UHGV virus genome: UHGV-1365321
Direction: 5' to 3' (one strand)
Length of the DNA stretch: 46,520 nt
DNA from: a virus
Below are positions 8,443 to 17,602 of the stretch, piece after piece. Each line of letters begins with the position of its first letter. The stretch's first letter is position 1. The notes beneath the pieces are model-generated. The model ran no database searches. It was not told the origin of the DNA and was given only the letters and a program-made list of their open reading frames with translations. Position numbers and translations under genes: made by a program.

Positions 8443-8817
8443 ATGGATATCGAAATTAACGAAGTTCAGGAAATTATTAAAAATCTTGAGCGCGGTGGTG
8501 AACTCTCAATCAAAGAGGAAAAATACCTCAAAGTTGCAAAGCTGTGCGTTCAGCTGGCTGCGGAGAATGTGGAACTGAAGGAAGACCGAGACACCTTGGC
8601 GCGGTATTGGATTGAGGACGGCGGAGATAAAGATTGCGCTATGTCGTATTGCGAGCCAACCCCCGCCACCGATCTCATCGGTGCCGGGATTAAGGCTGAT
8701 GCCATTGATGAAGCCGCGGTAGAGCTCGACCGGGTCGATACTGTGGCAAGTACCAGAGTAATCGGGTTCAAACTCCGTGAGTTTGCCAAGCAGCTGCGCG
8801 AGGGGGCCGACAAATGA
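8443..8817 (+). CDS. hypothetical early protein
   Basis: 124 aa ORF. Confidence 0.55.
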   Translation: MDIEINEVQEIIKNLERGGELSIKEEKYLKVAKLCVQLAAENVELKEDRDTLARYWIEDGGDKDCAMSYCEPTPATDLIGAGIKADAIDEAAVELDRVDTVASTRVIGFKLREFAKQLREGADK

Positions 8818-9098
8818 GCCACGCCATTGATGCACATCTCACTGACGAAGTAATCAACGCCGCATTCGAAAACACTAATTTCGGGCGAGACGACTTTCGT
8901 ACCATTCTGTCTGAGACCGTTATGAAACGTGCCGCCGGTTATCACTCTGGCTGGACGGCAACAACCATTTGTACCCGCCTCAAACTCCTGGGCAAGCAGG
9001 AGCGGCCAACAAAGCTGGGCCTGACGTTCGCCTTTCACCACTACTACCGCCAGAGCGTCCGCGATGCGCTGATGCCAAAACAGGAGCGTGCCGCATGA
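8814..9098 (+). CDS. hypothetical early protein
   Basis: 94 aa, start overlaps the previous stop. Confidence 0.55.
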   Translation: MSHAIDAHLTDEVINAAFENTNFGRDDFRTILSETVMKRAAGYHSGWTATTICTRLKLLGKQERPTKLGLTFAFHHYYRQSVRDALMPKQERAA

Positions 9099-9250
9099 CA
9101 ACTGATATCACCGAACTGGCGCAGAGCCTGAAAGCGGCAGCAGAGAAGTATAAATCTGTTTGGGGTATTGCTCATTATTCAAAGGCTGTTGAAGCCAGAG
9201 AGAAATTCCATGAGTTAGTGACCCCTGCCAACGTCATCGCTCTGGTATAG
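9095..9250 (+). CDS. hypothetical small early protein
   Basis: ATGA start/stop overlap with the upstream gene; MTTDITELAQ... Confidence 0.45.
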   Translation: MTTDITELAQSLKAAAEKYKSVWGIAHYSKAVEAREKFHELVTPANVIALV

Positions 9251-9511
9251 GTGCTGGAGAAGGCGCAGCAGCGCATCGCCGAGCTGGAAGAAGATGAGCA
9301 AAAACTCTGTGCTGCTAACGTGACGCTCGATGCTCGCGCGGAATTGGCTGAGCGCCGGTTGGCAGAGATGGAGTCCCGCACCGTGAAGCTGCCAGACTTA
9401 CGGCAGATTGTATCTGGGGACAGATATGTCTGGTCTGATGGCGTTTATAACTACAGCCAGGACGTAAAGGTAGCACTGGCCGCCGCTGGAATCAAGGTGG
9501 AGGCTGAGTGA
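9251..9511 (+). CDS. hypothetical coiled-coil early protein (GTG start)
   Basis: 86 aa with an Ala/Glu/Leu-rich N-terminus. Confidence 0.5.
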   Translation: MLEKAQQRIAELEEDEQKLCAANVTLDARAELAERRLAEMESRTVKLPDLRQIVSGDRYVWSDGVYNYSQDVKVALAAAGIKVEAE

Positions 9512-9723
9512 TGGCTATCACTGAAGGATTCTGCGCGGACCTCTGCTGCGACTGTGATGGTTGTCAGTCAGGGAAAATCTATCCGCAGGGGCGGGCTGAT
9601 TTTATTGGCCGGAATATGACCTACATTTCTCAGCAGGCGCGCAAAGCTGGCTGGCGCATCAGCAAAGACCGACAGCGCTGCTATGCGCCGGGGCATAAAA
9701 TTTCACGGGGAGCCAATCAATGA
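9508..9723 (+). CDS. hypothetical Cys-rich small protein
   Basis: 71 aa with a CADLCCDCDGC cluster. Confidence 0.5.
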   Translation: MMAITEGFCADLCCDCDGCQSGKIYPQGRADFIGRNMTYISQQARKAGWRISKDRQRCYAPGHKISRGANQ

Positions 9724-10268
9724 CCAAATCAACCATAACCAGAGAGCAGCAGAGGCAGATTCTGATTGATACTGCGCAGCACATTATCAGCCGAGAAAGG
9801 ACATCTCCGTATAGTGAGAATTTGCGTGAACTGGCACGTATAGCGCTGGCCGCAATGGACAGCAGCGAGTCGGTTGAACTGCCTCTTGACTACCTGCAGG
9901 GACACAAAGACGGTCTGGAGTGGGCCGCAAAACTGGCGAAAGCCAACCAACCTGAAACCGGAGACTGGCTTTACGATGACCCTATCGAGCTGGCAAAAGC
10001 TATTCGCAAAGGTCCAGATATGCCGCCAGTGCAGCCGGCGCCGGTAGTTCCTGGTAAATGGATTCCGGTAAGCGAGCGGATGCCGCCAAGAATTCCAGGC
10101 ACATCTATCGAATATTTAGTGTATGAGACATTAAACGATAACGTACAACATGATTACTGGAATGTGCCGGAAGGAGATAGAAGTTGTCAGGCATTCTGGA
10201 ACCACTACGGTGATTCCGTCACCCACTGGCAACCGCTACCAGAACCGCCACAGGAGACAAAACCATGA
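9720..10268 (+). CDS. DUF551-domain protein
   Basis: 182 aa; C-terminal WIPVSERMPP...THWQPLPEPP. Confidence 0.55.
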   Translation: MTKSTITREQQRQILIDTAQHIISRERTSPYSENLRELARIALAAMDSSESVELPLDYLQGHKDGLEWAAKLAKANQPETGDWLYDDPIELAKAIRKGPDMPPVQPAPVVPGKWIPVSERMPPRIPGTSIEYLVYETLNDNVQHDYWNVPEGDRSCQAFWNHYGDSVTHWQPLPEPPQETKP

Positions 10269-10357
10269 AACCCTACATCATCCGCAGGCTTATTGCAGCA
10301 TCACTGATGGCATTCTGGATTGTTGTTGTGTTAGCTATCTACTCTGTTGTGAGGTGA
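10265..10357 (+). CDS. small membrane peptide (30 aa)
   Basis: MKPYIIRRLIAASLMAFWIVVVLAIYSVVR, with an ATGA overlap. Confidence 0.35.
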   Translation: MKPYIIRRLIAASLMAFWIVVVLAIYSVVR

Positions 10358-10360
10358 TTT

Positions 10361-10519
10361 ATGCTGTGGAGCGACATTCAGGCTGCGTGCGAAGAGGCTG
10401 ACTTTCTGTATGAGGAGACTGGTAAGCATCATGCCGTCGTTCAGGTTGGCAGCATGATGCTGGTGGTTGAGCACAACAGCATGCTTCGGCATATGTACTC
10501 AACGACGAGGTATCAGTGA
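10361..10519 (+). CDS. hypothetical small protein (52 aa)
   Basis: ORF in the operon gap, read from the sequence. Confidence 0.35.
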   Translation: MLWSDIQAACEEADFLYEETGKHHAVVQVGSMMLVVEHNSMLRHMYSTTRYQ

Positions 10520-10713
10520 TGCCGCAAAAATCAAAGCAGGAGGTGTGGAAGGCGGCGCAAATTGAAGGCGTTGACCACTTCATAGCAGCAATCGCCAAAG
10601 CCTTTCATGATGCTATTGAGGTGGTTCACGTTCAAAGCAATAACTGTAATGTTTGGTGTTATGCGAAAACTGATGTACAATCATCTCATCAATCATCACC
10701 CACCACCCTTTAA
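10516..10713 (+). CDS. hypothetical small protein
   Basis: 65 aa ORF; the last gene before the terminator. Confidence 0.45.
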   Translation: MMPQKSKQEVWKAAQIEGVDHFIAAIAKAFHDAIEVVHVQSNNCNVWCYAKTDVQSSHQSSPTTL

Positions 10714-10737
10714 CCCGCTTCGGCGGGTTCTTTTTTT
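10714..10737 (+). terminator. rho-independent terminator ending the early-right operon
   Basis: ACCCGC-TTCG-GCGGGT followed by T8. Confidence 0.8.
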
Positions 10738-10761
10738 ATCTACGCCATGTGTTAATATACT
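10738..10761 (+). promoter_or_regulatory. motif variant ATCTACGCCA followed by extended -10 TGtTAATAT, upstream of terS
   Basis: Read from the sequence. Confidence 0.4.
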
Positions 10762-10792
10762 TGTATTCGGTTTACGAAAAGACGAAAACGAC

Positions 10793-11242
10793 ATGGCAAA
10801 TCCAAATCCTATTATGAAGTTTTCTGCTGAATACCAGCCAGCAGGAAGAGGTTTAAGCTACAGAAACAGGCTAATAGAAGCATTAAAGCGCTGCGGGATG
10901 GGTGAAGAGGAGTTTCTTGACGCATTCATTCGAACGTCAATCAGAATGGTGGAGGAAAATCCAACCCAGGGCGTGCAAATGCTGAAAGAAATATTTCTTC
11001 GCATTAGCCCCATGCAGAAGACAATGGCACCTCCTGTTGAGTTCAAATATCAGAAAGGCGCAACACCAGTGCAGCAGATTGAAGATGTCATTCAGTCAGT
11101 TTCTCTTGGCGAGCTTCCCATTGATGTTGCGTCTCAGGTTGTATCAATGATTAAGGTTGGACTTGACGTCAAAGAGCTTACTGAGCTTGCCGAGAGGCTG
11201 GAGCGACTTGAGAAGATGATGGAGAGCGCGAATGGCTCGTAA
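10793..11242 (+). CDS. terminase small subunit (putative)
   Basis: ~149 aa immediately upstream of and overlapping terL. The in-frame upstream extension of the tracked ORF runs through the terminator, so the ATG at 10793 is taken as the start. Confidence 0.5.
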   Translation: MANPNPIMKFSAEYQPAGRGLSYRNRLIEALKRCGMGEEEFLDAFIRTSIRMVEENPTQGVQMLKEIFLRISPMQKTMAPPVEFKYQKGATPVQQIEDVIQSVSLGELPIDVASQVVSMIKVGLDVKELTELAERLERLEKMMESANGS

Positions 11243-12656
11243 ACGCCTCTCCGCACTGGCAATAGAAAAGCTGGAGGCGCAGGTGGATGATGCACTGACC
11301 GATGTTGCTGAGTCGGCCATCTTCGGCATCTGCGATATGCAGAAGAACGTAATCAAGCGCCTAAGAATGACCGCTACGGGCGTGGAGGATGTTACCAATG
11401 AGACCACGCAGTCAGATCACTTAATCCCCGCAAAACTCGAAAGGCTACTTTACCCGAAGCGTAATAAGGTTGTCTTTGGTGGTCGAGCATCAACAAAGAC
11501 CCGTACCGTGGCAACCATACTCACCGAGTCCGCGCGATTCAGGCCTGAGCGTATTGGCTGCTTCCGCGAAATTCAGCAGTCTATCGAGGACTCCAGCTAT
11601 CAGGAGCTGGTAGATGAAATAGACCGCAAAGGCGAATCATCAGAATATCGCTGCATCGACGGCAAGATAACCCACAAGCGAACCAAATCAAAATTCAGGT
11701 TCCGTGGCCTTTATCGCAACATCACTGGCGTCAAGGGGTTTGCCGGGATATCGAAAGCATGGGTGGAGGAAGCTGAAAACGTCAGCCAGGCGTCATGGGA
11801 CATCCTTGAACCAACCATCCGCGCAGAAGGTTCTGAGATATGGGTGACATTCAACCCCAACAAAGAAACCGATGCCACGTGGACTCAGTGGGTAGCGCCT
11901 TATTACGATAAAATGGTTGATGGCATCTATGAGGACGATGACACACTGATCATTGAGTGTAATTACCGCGATAACCCGTGGTTTTATGACACCCCGCTCC
12001 CGGCATCCATGGAGAAAATGAAGGCAGTCGACTTCGACCGCTATCTCTGGATTTGGGAAGGTAAATTCAACAAACGCAGTGATGAGCAGGTATTCGGCGG
12101 AAAATGGCGCACAGCATCGTTTGAGGTTAAGCCTGAATGGCATGGCCCGTATCATGGCATGGACTTCGGTTTTTCTGGCGACCCTGCCGCAATGGTTGAG
12201 GTTTGGGTGGAAAGCCTACCAGGAGACCGGCGCAACGTTTATATTAATCGTGAGTATGGCAAAGTTCATCTTGAGATTACCGACCATCCGGCAGCAATGG
12301 ACCAGGCATTTCCGATGGCACGCAAGGCTCGATGGTATGCCGATTCCTCAAGGCCGGAAACCATCAGCCACATCAAGCGCGCTGGATTTGACATTCATCC
12401 CTGCAACAAGTGGCCCGGCAGCGTTGAGGATGGAGTGACATGGCTCAGAGGTTGCGACAACATCATCATTCACGACCGCTGCGCGGAAATGAAAAACGAG
12501 GCTGCGATGTACAGCCACAAGGTCGACAAGAATACAGGCCTTGTGCTTACTGAAATTGTTGATAAATATAACCACTATTGGGATGCTGTGCGCTATGCGC
12601 TGAATGACTATATCGTACAGCGCGGCTCTGGATGGATTAGAAGGAGCAGGAGATAA
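11232..12656 (+). CDS. terL: terminase large subunit
   Basis: 474 aa. Deviant Walker A GGRASTKT, ATPase N-terminus and nuclease C-terminus, in the canonical position. Confidence 0.85.
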   Translation: MARKRLSALAIEKLEAQVDDALTDVAESAIFGICDMQKNVIKRLRMTATGVEDVTNETTQSDHLIPAKLERLLYPKRNKVVFGGRASTKTRTVATILTESARFRPERIGCFREIQQSIEDSSYQELVDEIDRKGESSEYRCIDGKITHKRTKSKFRFRGLYRNITGVKGFAGISKAWVEEAENVSQASWDILEPTIRAEGSEIWVTFNPNKETDATWTQWVAPYYDKMVDGIYEDDDTLIIECNYRDNPWFYDTPLPASMEKMKAVDFDRYLWIWEGKFNKRSDEQVFGGKWRTASFEVKPEWHGPYHGMDFGFSGDPAAMVEVWVESLPGDRRNVYINREYGKVHLEITDHPAAMDQAFPMARKARWYADSSRPETISHIKRAGFDIHPCNKWPGSVEDGVTWLRGCDNIIIHDRCAEMKNEAAMYSHKVDKNTGLVLTEIVDKYNHYWDAVRYALNDYIVQRGSGWIRRSRR

Positions 12657-12690
12657 GAAAAAGCCCCGATAAAGGGGCGATCTATTATCT
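12655..12690. terminator. bidirectional terminator between terL and dam
   Basis: GCCCC-GATAAA-GGGGC flanked by an A-run and a T-rich tract. Confidence 0.6.
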
Positions 12691-13380
12691 CAACTTGAAC
12701 AATTTTTCTACTGACGGCTTTGAATGGCCTGACCTGCCATTGGCGCTTAGGCTGCTTTTTACATCAAACTCTGCAATGCATTCAAAGTCACCTGGAGCTT
12801 TATATTCGCTGATATAAACATCGCATCTTCTTGATAAATCCCTAGCCCAATCCCAAAAATCATCATTATTAAACGAATCCTTGTAACCAGTGGTGCCAGC
12901 ATACGGAGGGTCGCAGTACACAATTGAGCCGCTCTCTATTTGCATCTCATCATAACTAAGACTAGAGAAAATGACGCCTTTTAGGTTTTTAATTTGCTGG
13001 GCTGCATTCTTTATTGCTTCGGCCTGGTAATCCCTCCTGCCACATCTTGTCTCTACTATTCCAGCATACCCGCCGAACCATTTCCCGCTGTACGAGCAAG
13101 CTATGCCAGCCCACCCTATAAGATGGTCATCACCCTCGAGATTCTTGAGCTTCGCATATTCATCTCTACTTATAAACTCAGGATTCCATCCGGCGCATAG
13201 CGCCTTAAATGCAGCAATAACGTACTTATTACTGTCGTTAGCAAACCTTATCTTTGCATCCCTGACGCCATCAATCATATTCATGCCGCCAGCAAATGGC
13301 TCATAGTAGTTCCTGCCACCAGTATTAAGTAAAGGGATGATTTTATTTTTAAGTCTTGCTTTGCTGCCCATGTATTTCAT
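12685..13380 (-). CDS. dam: DNA N6-adenine methyltransferase (Dam family)
   Basis: 231 aa with MKYMGSKARL, EPFAGG and the catalytic DPPY motif. Confidence 0.85.
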   Translation of the reverse strand: MKYMGSKARLKNKIIPLLNTGGRNYYEPFAGGMNMIDGVRDAKIRFANDSNKYVIAAFKALCAGWNPEFISRDEYAKLKNLEGDDHLIGWAGIACSYSGKWFGGYAGIVETRCGRRDYQAEAIKNAAQQIKNLKGVIFSSLSYDEMQIESGSIVYCDPPYAGTTGYKDSFNNDDFWDWARDLSRRCDVYISEYKAPGDFECIAEFDVKSSLSANGRSGHSKPSVEKLFKLR

Positions 13381-13407
13381 AGATAAGCCCCATCAGTAGA
13401 AAACAAC

Positions 13408-13436
13408 AATCTACATCAACCACGAATCCACGTCAA
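13408..13436 (-). promoter_or_regulatory. tandem motif pair upstream of dam; on the minus strand it reads TTGACGTGGATT-cgtgg-TTGATGTAGATT, giving -35 TTGACG, a 17 bp spacer and -10 TAGATT
   Basis: The second motif copy supplies the -10 hexamer at sigma70 spacing. Confidence 0.5.
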
Positions 13437-13449
13437 CATTTATAATAAA

Positions 13450-13740
13450 TTATTTGTAAAGCCAGCAATGAATCCCCGCATTTCGCATTGCGGCATAAAT
13501 CACGTCATCAGACACGACCGCCATCGCCACCCTGTCTGCGTCAATCTGCTGGTGCGAAGCCATGATGTCATCATAGAAAACATCGTTAGCATGCAGCCAC
13601 TCATATGCATGCTTTGCCCTAATAATCAGCACATCATGCCCAGCAGAGTAGAGCGACTTAGCCAGCGCTACGTTGCCAGCAATAGCATTTCCTTCCGCAT
13701 CACGCAGCACACCATCAAGCTCGAAAATGACACATTTCAT
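13450..13740 (-). CDS. small HAD-like protein (DxDGV motif I)
   Basis: 96 aa with an MKCVIFELDGVL N-terminus. Confidence 0.4.
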   Translation of the reverse strand: MKCVIFELDGVLRDAEGNAIAGNVALAKSLYSAGHDVLIIRAKHAYEWLHANDVFYDDIMASHQQIDADRVAMAVVSDDVIYAAMRNAGIHCWLYK

Positions 13741-13766
13741 AAGATTTCTCCGAGAGGTTTCATTTT

Positions 13767-13795
13767 AATCTACGCCATGCTAGAATCTACGTCAA
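13767..13795 (-). promoter_or_regulatory. tandem motif pair; on the minus strand it reads TTGACGTAGATT-ctagcatg-GCGTAGATT (-35 TTGACG, 17 bp, -10 TAGATT) for gene 13740(-)
   Basis: Read from the sequence. The plus-strand gene 13829 lies immediately downstream; a separate TTGACA is at 13802. Confidence 0.5.
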
Positions 13796-13828
13796 GGCGC
13801 ATTGACATAACTACATCACCGGGGCATC

Positions 13829-14068
13829 ATGAAGGCATACTCATCTTTTTCGTGGGAGCAGAAGGAAAAAATATACTCACTCGCAAGAGCTGGTGTGTCG
13901 GATGAGGCACTGTGCGAAAGGTATGATGTGGATGAGGCCATTCTGCTGCGCATGTATGATGAAGTGCTGTGTGAGTTGCAGCGGAGGCGTGGTTATAGTG
14001 GCCTAAAGACGATTAACGATTTCTTTCGGAATGTTGAGTTAAATAACGATGAGGGTGGTGATTTATGA
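13829..14068 (+). CDS. hypothetical protein
   Basis: 79 aa ORF. Confidence 0.5.
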   Translation: MKAYSSFSWEQKEKIYSLARAGVSDEALCERYDVDEAILLRMYDEVLCELQRRRGYSGLKTINDFFRNVELNNDEGGDL

Positions 14069-14259
14069 TTATTGAAGAAACAGAAAACGCATATGACATG
14101 CACGTAACTGCGCAAGAGCTTGAGGATGGAACCCCTGTCGTGGAGTTGTATCAAGAGAATGGCTCCGGTGTTGAGTCATTTATTGGCATCGACAAACAAC
14201 AAGCCGCGCAGCTTGTCGAACTCCTGAAGCGCTGGGTTAATGGCGAGGAGATTGAGTGA
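14065..14259 (+). CDS. hypothetical acidic protein
   Basis: 64 aa ORF. Confidence 0.5.
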   Translation: MIIEETENAYDMHVTAQELEDGTPVVELYQENGSGVESFIGIDKQQAAQLVELLKRWVNGEEIE

Positions 14260-14447
14260 TGAGCATTTACTTTATTCACGCGGAAGCCATTCTCAGCAAT
14301 GGCTGCATTGCCGAGAAGGTCGGAAAAGTGGTAATTGCTACTAATGCGGTTGCTGCGCTCGCTGAGTTTTGGTCTGAGGGTAGCGTGCAGGAATTAAAAG
14401 ACCAAGGCATCAAAGTTGTCATCGACAAACTCGAAAAGGTGGAATGA
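14256..14447 (+). CDS. hypothetical protein
   Basis: 63 aa ORF. Confidence 0.45.
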   Translation: MMSIYFIHAEAILSNGCIAEKVGKVVIATNAVAALAEFWSEGSVQELKDQGIKVVIDKLEKVE

Positions 14448-14665
14448 TGAAAGCCGTCAAAACAATCCTGTTCTGCATCATCAACCCGCATCTGATTGTG
14501 ATGCTAATCTGTGGCGCCATGCTTATTGGCGCAAGAAAGTCGCTTTATTATCTTTCCGACAAGCTGGATGATGCGGCGCATTATATTCAGAATGTTGACC
14601 ATAAACTCGGCGCGAAGTCATACCCCGCATGGTTCAGATCGCTTGTTGATGATGAGGTGAAGTGA
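14444..14665 (+). CDS. small membrane protein
   Basis: 73 aa with one hydrophobic helix. Confidence 0.45.
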   Translation: MMKAVKTILFCIINPHLIVMLICGAMLIGARKSLYYLSDKLDDAAHYIQNVDHKLGAKSYPAWFRSLVDDEVK

Positions 14666-14796
14666 TGTCGTATTTCTTCCTGATATTCGTAATCACAAGC
14701 AATACTTCTAATATGCAGGTGGTGCCAATGCAAAGCATGGAGCAGTGCCGGGCGGCCGTTACGGCAATGAAAATCGCTGAGGAAAAGCGGACGTAG
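14665..14796 (+). CDS. small hydrophobic peptide (43 aa)
   Basis: Overlapping TGATG start. Confidence 0.3.
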   Translation: MSYFFLIFVITSNTSNMQVVPMQSMEQCRAAVTAMKIAEEKRT

Positions 14797-14846
14797 CGTG
14801 ATGTAAGTCCGCATGTTGACAATTTGCAATGCGTTGAGGTGAAGTG

Positions 14847-15044
14847 ATGACAAGAAAACAGATTCATGATGTGGCGGTTGGTTGCAGGAAGTGTATTGAG
14901 GAGATATGGTTTAAGCCTGGATTCAGTGGAAAGCACTATAAATTGTACGCCAAATGTCGCGGTTTAGTTCTTGGGGATAGAATAGAGCTTGCTATATTCC
15001 ATAACAATGATCAGGCTCTTCAAGAGAGAGCATTTGGTGACTAA
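14847..15044 (+). CDS. hypothetical protein (alternative GTG start at 14844)
   Basis: 65-66 aa ORF. Confidence 0.45.
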   Translation: MTRKQIHDVAVGCRKCIEEIWFKPGFSGKHYKLYAKCRGLVLGDRIELAIFHNNDQALQERAFGD

Positions 15045-15093
15045 TACCATGCTATAATCCCATCCATGCGATGGGATTTTTTATGGTGACGAA

Positions 15094-16542
15094 ATGTCAA
15101 AGTTAGAGGCGGTAAACGCCTATATTCAGCAGCGAGTGGCGAACAATAACAGGCTCATCGAGCAGCAGCGTCGGGAGTTTGGCGGGAAGAACATCGACCA
15201 CAAACACGACAGGCTGTGGCTCGAATGCGGCTACCCTGAAGAAATCACCGCTGAGATGTTCCGCTATGCCTATGAGCGCTATGCACCGGCAACAGCTGGC
15301 GTCAATCGCGTACTCGATAAGTGCTGGCAGACTCCGCCTAAAATCCTTCAGGAAGGCGCAGATGATAAGCCAAGCTCGGACTGGGAGAAGGCCGCCAACA
15401 AGCTGTTTAAGCGTGCTGCGCCATTCATCAAGGATGCAGACCGCCGCAACCTCATCAACCGCTATTCCGGCCTCATCCTGCAAATCCGTGACGGAAAGCA
15501 GTGGAATGAGCCGGTAGACACCACGAAAACAAGACGCATCAAGGATGCTGCCATTGTCCGCTACATTCCGGCGTGGGAAGAGCAGCTCCGCGTCAGTGAA
15601 TGGGAAAATGACGAAGCCAGCGAGGACTATGGTCAGCCGAAGATGTACGAATATCAGGAGTCGGTAGTCGGCGCCTGCAACAGCGACGGCAAACCAACGC
15701 GCTCCCTGAGCATTCATCCAGATCGCATTATCGTATTTGCCGAGGGCGCGATGGATGGCTCCATTTATTCTGGCGTTCCGCTTCTGCGTGCCGGGTACAA
15801 CCACCTCATCGACATGGCGAAAGTAACCGGCTCAAGCGCCGAGGGCTTCCTGAAGAATGCGAGCCGACAGCTCAACGTCAATTATAATAAAGACAACGTT
15901 TCTGCTCAGTCTCTGGCGCAGCAAATGGGCGTGCCGCTGGAAGAGCTGGCAGATGTGCTCAATGAGGATGTGGCGCGCCTGAATGAGGCGATTGACGCAG
16001 CTATGTTCACGATGGGCGCTGATGTCAAAGTGCTCTCAGTAACACCAGCTGACCCAAGCCCAACGTGGACCATTGCGGCCAACCAGTTTGCAGCCTCCAT
16101 CAAGAAGCCATTCACCATCCTGTTTGGTCAGCAGACTGGCCGCCTAGCATCCGATGAGGATAAAACCGACGACGCCATGAGCGCCAAACAGCGCCGTGAA
16201 GACTGGCTGGACTACATCATTTCGGTGTTCATCGACCGGATGATTTCCTTTGGCATTCTGGATAAGGCGCCAGAGAGCGGTTATTACTGCAAATGGGATG
16301 ACCTGCTTGCACCTTCCGAGCTGAACAAGGCCGAACTGCTGGTTAAGCTGGCCACTGCAAACAAATCCGTATTCGACGCAGGTCAGATGGCCCTGATGAC
16401 CGCTGATGAGATGCGCGGCATTGTTGGCATGGAACCATTAGAGGCTCAGCTTCCTGACGGATTGCAGGAGGGTCAGCAGCAACAGCAAGACCAACAGCAA
16501 GACCAACAGCAGGGCCAGACCGATGCTCCTCCTCAAAATTAA
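15094..16542 (+). CDS. portal protein (putative), with poly-Q/D C-terminal tail
   Basis: 482 aa, between terL and the MuF-like gene. Confidence 0.65.
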   Translation: MSKLEAVNAYIQQRVANNNRLIEQQRREFGGKNIDHKHDRLWLECGYPEEITAEMFRYAYERYAPATAGVNRVLDKCWQTPPKILQEGADDKPSSDWEKAANKLFKRAAPFIKDADRRNLINRYSGLILQIRDGKQWNEPVDTTKTRRIKDAAIVRYIPAWEEQLRVSEWENDEASEDYGQPKMYEYQESVVGACNSDGKPTRSLSIHPDRIIVFAEGAMDGSIYSGVPLLRAGYNHLIDMAKVTGSSAEGFLKNASRQLNVNYNKDNVSAQSLAQQMGVPLEELADVLNEDVARLNEAIDAAMFTMGADVKVLSVTPADPSPTWTIAANQFAASIKKPFTILFGQQTGRLASDEDKTDDAMSAKQRREDWLDYIISVFIDRMISFGILDKAPESGYYCKWDDLLAPSELNKAELLVKLATANKSVFDAGQMALMTADEMRGIVGMEPLEAQLPDGLQEGQQQQQDQQQDQQQGQTDAPPQN

Positions 16543-16570
16543 TGCCCGGCTTCCGCAGCCAAAATTAAGC

Positions 16571-17467
16571 ATGAGCCTAACAGACCCGCTCGGCGCAGTG
16601 GGTCGTGTCAATAAAATGGTGCGCGATGTTGACGCCAGATATGTGACGCTAAAATCGCAGGTTGCCGAGCTGTTCCGCACTATTCCTGTGGCGACCGGCA
16701 ACGCCGAGGCTGGAAATTATTATTATGATTTCTCTGCCTACCGCGCATCGACATTCTTTGATGAGCTTCAGCGCATTCTTGATGGTCAGCTGCTGGAAGG
16801 TGATGATTTCACGCATGGAAGATTGTGGGCATCATCCTATGTCAGCGACGCCATGTACGCCGGTACGCAGAAGGCAAACTCTGACCTGAGCGACCTGTCG
16901 TCGGCATACAAAGACAGCAGGCCGCTTGCTGAAATCCTGTACTCTCAGCCGTATCTCGACCGGCTCCAGCTCGCGTACACGCGCACGTATAACGATTGGG
17001 GTGGCCTTTCAGATTACACGCGGCAGCAGGTGGCGGAAGTCATCACTGCTGGCATTGCAAATGGCGATTCTCCAGGGGTAGTTGAGCAAAACATTGCTGA
17101 CCGAATGGATGTATCAAGAAGCTATGCACGCTCAATCGCTCAGACTGAAATCACCAACACCCTGCGCGAGGCTAACAGGCGCGAAGTTAAGGAGGCGCAG
17201 GTTACATTGGGTATGGATACCATCATGCTCTGGCAGTCGGCGCTTATGAAAACCACTCGTGCAACTCATGCAGCGCGTCACGGGAAGTATTACACCACGG
17301 AAGAGATTGATGAGTTCTACAGCGAAGGCGCAAACCGCCGCAATTGTCACTGCTCGCAGGTCCCAGCGCTGGTGATGGATGGCAAGCCTGTGATACTTGA
17401 GAGGACACAAGAGAGGCTGGATAAGCAGCGGGAAGCATGGCAGGGCGCACACAAGAAAGCCGCCTGA
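16571..17467 (+). CDS. head morphogenesis protein (phage Mu gpF / SPP1 gp7 family)
   Basis: Segment ...ARHGKYYTTEEIDEFYSEGANRRNCHCSQ; the position after the portal is canonical. Confidence 0.7.
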   Translation: MSLTDPLGAVGRVNKMVRDVDARYVTLKSQVAELFRTIPVATGNAEAGNYYYDFSAYRASTFFDELQRILDGQLLEGDDFTHGRLWASSYVSDAMYAGTQKANSDLSDLSSAYKDSRPLAEILYSQPYLDRLQLAYTRTYNDWGGLSDYTRQQVAEVITAGIANGDSPGVVEQNIADRMDVSRSYARSIAQTEITNTLREANRREVKEAQVTLGMDTIMLWQSALMKTTRATHAARHGKYYTTEEIDEFYSEGANRRNCHCSQVPALVMDGKPVILERTQERLDKQREAWQGAHKKAA

Positions 17468-17491
17468 TGGCGGCTTCTGTTAGCGTTTTTT
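17456..17491. terminator. bidirectional terminator
   Basis: Perfect hairpin AAGCCGCC-TGAT-GGCGGCTT followed by a T-run. Confidence 0.65.
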
Positions 17492-17602
17492 AATGAACCC
17501 ACCGCAGCCACACTTTGGGCACATCGTATATCGAATGCCTGGCTTTTCAATCCTGTCTCGGTTGTGATGTTCGTGCTTGCATGCCACGCAGATGATAATC
17601 AT
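17480..17602 (-). CDS. 40 aa zinc-ribbon peptide, translationally coupled (TAATG) to the 292 aa gene
   Basis: MIIICVACKHEHHNRDRIEKPGIRYTMCPKCGCGGFIKKR, i.e. CxxC...CxxC. It is absent from the ORF track because it is shorter than 60 aa. Confidence 0.5.
   Translation of the reverse strand: MIIICVACKHEHHNRDRIEKPGIRYTMCPKCGCGGFIKKR

Noticed and set aside
15103-15804. 233 aa antisense ORF inside the portal gene
   Set aside because: It is fully contained in the portal coding region on the opposite strand and has a Pro/Arg/Ala-rich biased composition typical of antisense frames in GC-balanced DNA.
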